Source: an uncultured Planctomycetales bacterium
GTDB lineage: Bacteria; Planctomycetota; Phycisphaerae; UBA1845; Fen-1342
NCBI GenBank assembly: GCA_964643885.1
Contig: CAZXUI010000010.1
Location: 6,541 to 65,840, forward strand
Direction: 5' to 3'
Length of the DNA stretch: 59,300 nucleotides
Shown: piece by piece, positions 55,915-59,300 of the stretch
How positions within the stretch are numbered: the stretch's first letter is position 1
Layout of the letters: the number at the start of each line of letters is the position of its first letter
Notes under the pieces: generated by a model
The model's input: only the letters and a program-made list of their open reading frames with translations
The model's database searches: none
Told to the model about the DNA's origin: nothing
Translations under genes and position numbers: made by a program

Positions 55915-58113
55915 CTAGTCGGCCTCCACGGTGAGCAGGAACTGCTCGAGCTCGGAGCGGCGCTGCTGCTCGGTCTGCCGGGCGGCGGCGGCCTTCTCGC
56001 GCAGCGATTCGATCTGCGTCTCGAGGGCGTCGAACTTCTCGAGCTGGCGCTTGTAGACATCGGTGCTGCGCTCGAGCGTGCGCAGGTTTTCGCGGATGCG
56101 GCCCTGCTCGCCGACGACGTCGTTGACGGCCCGCTCGGCCTCCTCGCGGGCGCGGGCGGCCTGGTCCAGCGCGGCCCGCAGGGCGACGACGCGCTCGAGG
56201 GCCTCGCGCACCTTGGGGGAAATGACGCGGCCGCGCAGCAGGAACTGGATGTACTCGCCGCCGAGATTGCCCATCGCGATGGTCTGGTCGGTGACCTGCT
56301 CGAGCACCACCTCCAGCTTGACGGTCTCGAGCGGCGGGGCCTTGAGCCTGAAGCGCGAGAGGGAGCGCGTGCGCTCGTCCGGCTTGGGCGGCTCGAGCAG
56401 CTTCCACTCGTCCTCGTAGGCCTGCTCGATCAGCAGCGACTTTTCCTTGTCGGTCTTGTTTCTGACGACGTATTCGCGGCGGTCGACGTACTTGCGCTGC
56501 TGGCGGAGCGTGCCCTTGGCGATCCGCACGCTGAGCAGCTCTTCGTTGGTCGGCTTGTGGTTGACGTCGACTTCCATGCCGAGATCGAGCGCGTAGGCGA
56601 TCAGGCGCTGCTCGCCGGGCTTGAGGTCCGGCAGCTTTGCGTCGCCGGCGTAGACGTTGTCGTCGAAGACGGTGACCGGCCCCTGCATCAGGTTCAGGCC
56701 GGTGGTGTTGGTGAGCTGGAGGCCGTTGAGCGGGTGCTTCGGATGCACCTCGGCGTTGAAGACGCTGACCTTGGTGCCTTCGACCGCGCCGTTGACGATC
56801 GGCAGCATGGCCGAGTGCTGACGGGGGATGGAGACGGGCGTGGCGATGGTGTATTCGAAGAGCTCGCCGGCGTCGGCGGCGGTGGCGACGGACTCGACGC
56901 CGCCGGGGGTGGTCATCCAGTCCTCAGCTCGCATGCCTCGATCGTCGTCGTCGGCGTCATACTCAAACGCGGCCTGGCCGCCGGCGCTCCGTGGCCGTGT
57001 GGACTGATAGCCGAGCATCGCGTCGCGACCGCCTGTGAGGTCAGCCATACCATCGCCCGATGCCGGCAACGGCGGGGCTGCGCCCTTGCCGGCCACGCCA
57101 GCCATTTCCGCTCTGCGAGCCTCCATCAGCTCCTCCCCGGCGTACATGTCGCCCTCGTAGTCCGGCGGACGGAGCGAGGCGTAGAGATCGAGCTCGACCA
57201 CCGGCCGGGGCACGTAGAGCGGCGTGTAGAGGTCCATGACGAAGGAGATCGGCCGGCCGGAGATGAGCGAGAGCTTGATCTGGTTCCAGTCCTCCTCGCT
57301 GGCGTTCTCGACGGTGGCCCAGCCCTGCATCTGCGGCTTCTCTCCCTCGCGCAGGGCGAGGCGGTAGGAGGTTTTCCAGATGGGGGCCTCGAGCAGGTAG
57401 GCGACGCGGACCTTGCGCTGGCCCTCGCCGCGGAAGTGGAGCGTGACGCTCTTTTTGTCGGCGTCGTGGCTCATGGCGAGCGTTTCGAGCGCCTTGCGCA
57501 GCTCGGAGGCGATCTTGTCGTTGGTGAAGCGCAGGGTACCGAGCTGGTCGATGCGGAATTGCTCGACGCCGGAGTCGGTCAGCACGTTGACGACGTCGAC
57601 TTCGATCTCCGTGTCGGCTTCGATGAGGCTGCGCTTCTCGACGCCCAGGACGACGCCGCGGCTGCTGCGGTCGCCGCTGATCTCGACCGGCTCACCGCGG
57701 AGCTGCTCGAGCAGTTCGGCCAGCGACGGGTTGCCGGTGATGTCGACGCCGAAGCTGCGGAGGGCTTTCTCGACCGGGTCGCGCGAGGCGTAGCTGACGA
57801 TACCGATGCTGCCGCCGTCGAAATCGTGCACGAGCATCGACTTGATGATGTCGTTGATCTGCGGCGTGCGGAAGGTCAGCTCGGCCGTCGCGTCGCCCTC
57901 GACGGTCGCGTCGCACTCGAAGTAGGCCACGCCGCTGGAGAAGACCGCGACGCGGCTGACGCGCAGGTCGGCCGGGGCATCCGACGCGGCGGCCGCTGCC
58001 TGGCCGCCGGCGAGGAGTGCCAGCAAGGCTGCCCGCAGCAGCCGGCCGGGAACGCAGCGGGGCCGGATCGGCGCGCCGCCGCCCGATTGAACTCGATCCA
58101 TCGTGGGTTTCAT
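55915..58113 (-). CDS. Large secreted protein (732 aa) with a C-terminal coiled coil, possibly a DUF4139/MuiA-like family.
   Basis: Signal peptide LLRAALLALLAGGQAAAAA. The C-terminal 120 aa are heptad-rich (REALERVVALRAALDQAARAREEAERA…). The family assignment is tentative and from recollection. Confidence 0.5.
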   Translation of the reverse strand: MKPTMDRVQSGGGAPIRPRCVPGRLLRAALLALLAGGQAAAAASDAPADLRVSRVAVFSSGVAYFECDATVEGDATAELTFRTPQINDIIKSMLVHDFDGGSIGIVSYASRDPVEKALRSFGVDITGNPSLAELLEQLRGEPVEISGDRSSRGVVLGVEKRSLIEADTEIEVDVVNVLTDSGVEQFRIDQLGTLRFTNDKIASELRKALETLAMSHDADKKSVTLHFRGEGQRKVRVAYLLEAPIWKTSYRLALREGEKPQMQGWATVENASEEDWNQIKLSLISGRPISFVMDLYTPLYVPRPVVELDLYASLRPPDYEGDMYAGEELMEARRAEMAGVAGKGAAPPLPASGDGMADLTGGRDAMLGYQSTRPRSAGGQAAFEYDADDDDRGMRAEDWMTTPGGVESVATAADAGELFEYTIATPVSIPRQHSAMLPIVNGAVEGTKVSVFNAEVHPKHPLNGLQLTNTTGLNLMQGPVTVFDDNVYAGDAKLPDLKPGEQRLIAYALDLGMEVDVNHKPTNEELLSVRIAKGTLRQQRKYVDRREYVVRNKTDKEKSLLIEQAYEDEWKLLEPPKPDERTRSLSRFRLKAPPLETVKLEVVLEQVTDQTIAMGNLGGEYIQFLLRGRVISPKVREALERVVALRAALDQAARAREEAERAVNDVVGEQGRIRENLRTLERSTDVYKRQLEKFDALETQIESLREKAAAARQTEQQRRSELEQFLLTVEAD

Positions 58114-58289
58114 GGCTGCCTCCCGGGCGGAGCTGCCCGCCCCGCAAGTGAGCGAATGCTATCCCCCGCTCCGCCCAGTGCCAATCGTACCCCCCTGCGT
58201 CCTTCGGTGGAAGTAATGCGATATGGGTTGGGGCGACGCCGGGCGGCGGGATGTCCACCGGCGCGGCGCGGGTCGCTCGGTTGGCCGCG

Positions 58290-58470
58290 GCCCGCTTGCT
58301 TACGCGCGCGGCTCGGAGCAGACGCGGGCGCGGAGCGCCGCATCAGAACCTGCCGCGCCAAGCGGCGGGACTGCGGACCGCCAACGGACCCCGTGCTTGG
58401 CGCACGGGGTTCTGATCGCGGGCGCGCGGCTCGGAGCAGAGCGGCGTGGTGCGTCAAGGGACGTACGCTA
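58290..58470. repeat. Composite intergenic repeat: a gcgcggctcggagcag module, a full approximately 95-nt structured repeat (58330-58440), a second gcgcggctcggagcag module and a gtgcgtcaagggacg module.
   Basis: Direct reading. Compare with 1-120 and 55300-55500. Confidence 0.7.
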
Positions 58471-59184
58471 CTGTCCCAGATAGGTCTCCTGGCGTTGGAG
58501 GCGTGCAAGCAGGGCCTGCACGACCGGCCACTGCTGCTCGATCATTTGGTGCGGCAGGCGGATGAAGATGAGCAGGCAGCGCGGGCCGACGTGGACGCGG
58601 CCGAAGCCGACGGCGCCGCCGCTGGCGATCAGCTCGAGCAGGTCGGCGGGGACGTCGTGGACGCCGACCTGGGGACGCGTGGAGTATGCGGCGGCGATCT
58701 GCTGGCTCAGTTCGGGCGGGACGTCGACGGCGTTGCCGAAGTGCTCCATGCCCAGGCGGACCTGCTCGGAGGTGGCCAGGTTCATGCGGCGGCGGGGTGA
58801 GCCGCCCTGAAGAAAGAGCGTCAGCGGCATGTCGACGTCGTAGAAGTTGTCGCCGCGGGTGATGAAGAAGGCGTCGATGCCGAAAAGGTAGAGCGCAAAG
58901 TGCGGCAGGACGCGAGATTCGACGGTGAAGAAGAGGACTCGCAGCGGGCCGAGGTCGGCGACGCGGGTCTGCTTGAGGCGGCGGATATCGCCCAGGAGCG
59001 GCTCGAGGGCCAGGTCGTTGCGCTCGAAGAGGGGCGGCCGCCAGTCGTGGCCGCGATCGGACCAGAGGACGAGCCCTTCTCGTTGGAGGAAGGCGAAGGT
59101 GCGGAGGCGCTGCCAGAGGATGCGGGCGGTGAACGCGGCGACGGCGAGGCCGAGGACGAAGGCGGTGAGGTAGCACCAGATCAT
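58468..59184 (-). CDS. Hypothetical membrane-anchored protein.
   Basis: Start at MIWCYLTAFVLGLAVAAFTARILW (TM). About 238 aa. No recognisable motif. Confidence 0.45.
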   Translation of the reverse strand: MIWCYLTAFVLGLAVAAFTARILWQRLRTFAFLQREGLVLWSDRGHDWRPPLFERNDLALEPLLGDIRRLKQTRVADLGPLRVLFFTVESRVLPHFALYLFGIDAFFITRGDNFYDVDMPLTLFLQGGSPRRRMNLATSEQVRLGMEHFGNAVDVPPELSQQIAAAYSTRPQVGVHDVPADLLELIASGGAVGFGRVHVGPRCLLIFIRLPHQMIEQQWPVVQALLARLQRQETYLGQ

Positions 59185-59242
59185 GCGGCGGCCTCGATTC
59201 GTGAGCCGGCGGTTCGCTGCAGCGGGCCTGTCGGCCGCCCAC

Positions 59243-59300
59243 AGGCCCCGTGCTTGGCGCACGGGGTTCCGATTGCGGACGCGCGCGGCTCGGAGCAGAC
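59243..59300. repeat. Partial copy of the approximately 95-nt structured repeat, truncated by the window edge.
   Basis: ccccgtgcttggcgcacggggttccgattgcggacgcgcgcggctcggagcagac. Confidence 0.6.

Noticed and set aside
53745-59184. A type VI secretion system cluster.
   Set aside because: Only a TssE/gp25-like gene is recognisable. No TssB/C sheath, Hcp, VgrG, TssF/G/K, TssM/L or ClpV-like ORFs are present in the window. It is reported instead as an orphan gp25-like pairing.

Overview
This is a GC-rich chromosomal segment, by eye in the high 60s to about 70% GC. It is most consistent with a Planctomycetota-type genome: it carries a DUF1559/H-X9-DG pseudopilin-like protein, an ECF sigma factor next to a Ser/Thr kinase with TPR repeats, a TAT-signal Gfo/Idh/MocA enzyme, and several secreted PQQ-like beta-propeller proteins. 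Reading left to right, the content is: (i) 432-15726, a cell-envelope-type locus with a UbiA/DPPR-synthase-like prenyltransferase, two PaaK/F390-synthetase-like adenylate-forming enzymes flanking two secreted PQQ propellers, a GT4 glycosyltransferase, a LolD-like ABC ATPase, an 1153-aa double-FtsX permease and a third PQQ propeller; (ii) 15917-19348, an NfeD/flotillin (SPFH) pair and a WbuB-like GT4; (iii) 19732-24098, a HAF-repeat-like lipoprotein and a large secreted protein; (iv) 24150-34583, an amino-sugar utilisation and recycling island with a NagB-LmbE fusion, a DeoR regulator, an SSS symporter, a GH20 hexosaminidase, an AmgK-like kinase, a MurU-like uridylyltransferase and a GH109-like Gfo/Idh/MocA enzyme; (v) 34595-42610, an ECF sigma, an SRPBCC membrane protein, an STK-TPR kinase, a second SRPBCC protein, an S9 peptidase and a GNAT; (vi) 42974-49929, the conserved housekeeping block dnaB-rplI-rpsR-ssb-rpsF-pth-rplY-prs-glmU(short)-tRNA-Gln, all on the minus strand; (vii) about 50600-53550, a visibly lower-GC islet (by eye, mid to high 50s %) encoding a DoxX/MauE membrane protein, a secreted hypothetical, a 12-cysteine small secreted protein and a DUF1559 pseudopilin; (viii) 53745-59184, a zinc-ribbon membrane protein, an orphan TssE/gp25-like baseplate protein translationally coupled to a 732-aa secreted coiled-coil protein, and a membrane-anchored hypothetical. 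Several families of structured intergenic repeats occur. One roughly 200-bp hairpin-rich element carrying a 24-bp tandem array around a palindromic GACCGGTC core is present as inverted copies at 130-365 and 35330-35520. No transposase, integrase, CRISPR array or recognisable defence gene was seen. Start codons are frequently non-SD and GTG/TTG is possible, so starts are approximate. The ECF sigma start was taken from the ORF-track frame rather than from my base-by-base reading of the printed sequence, which I could not reconcile at that one spot.
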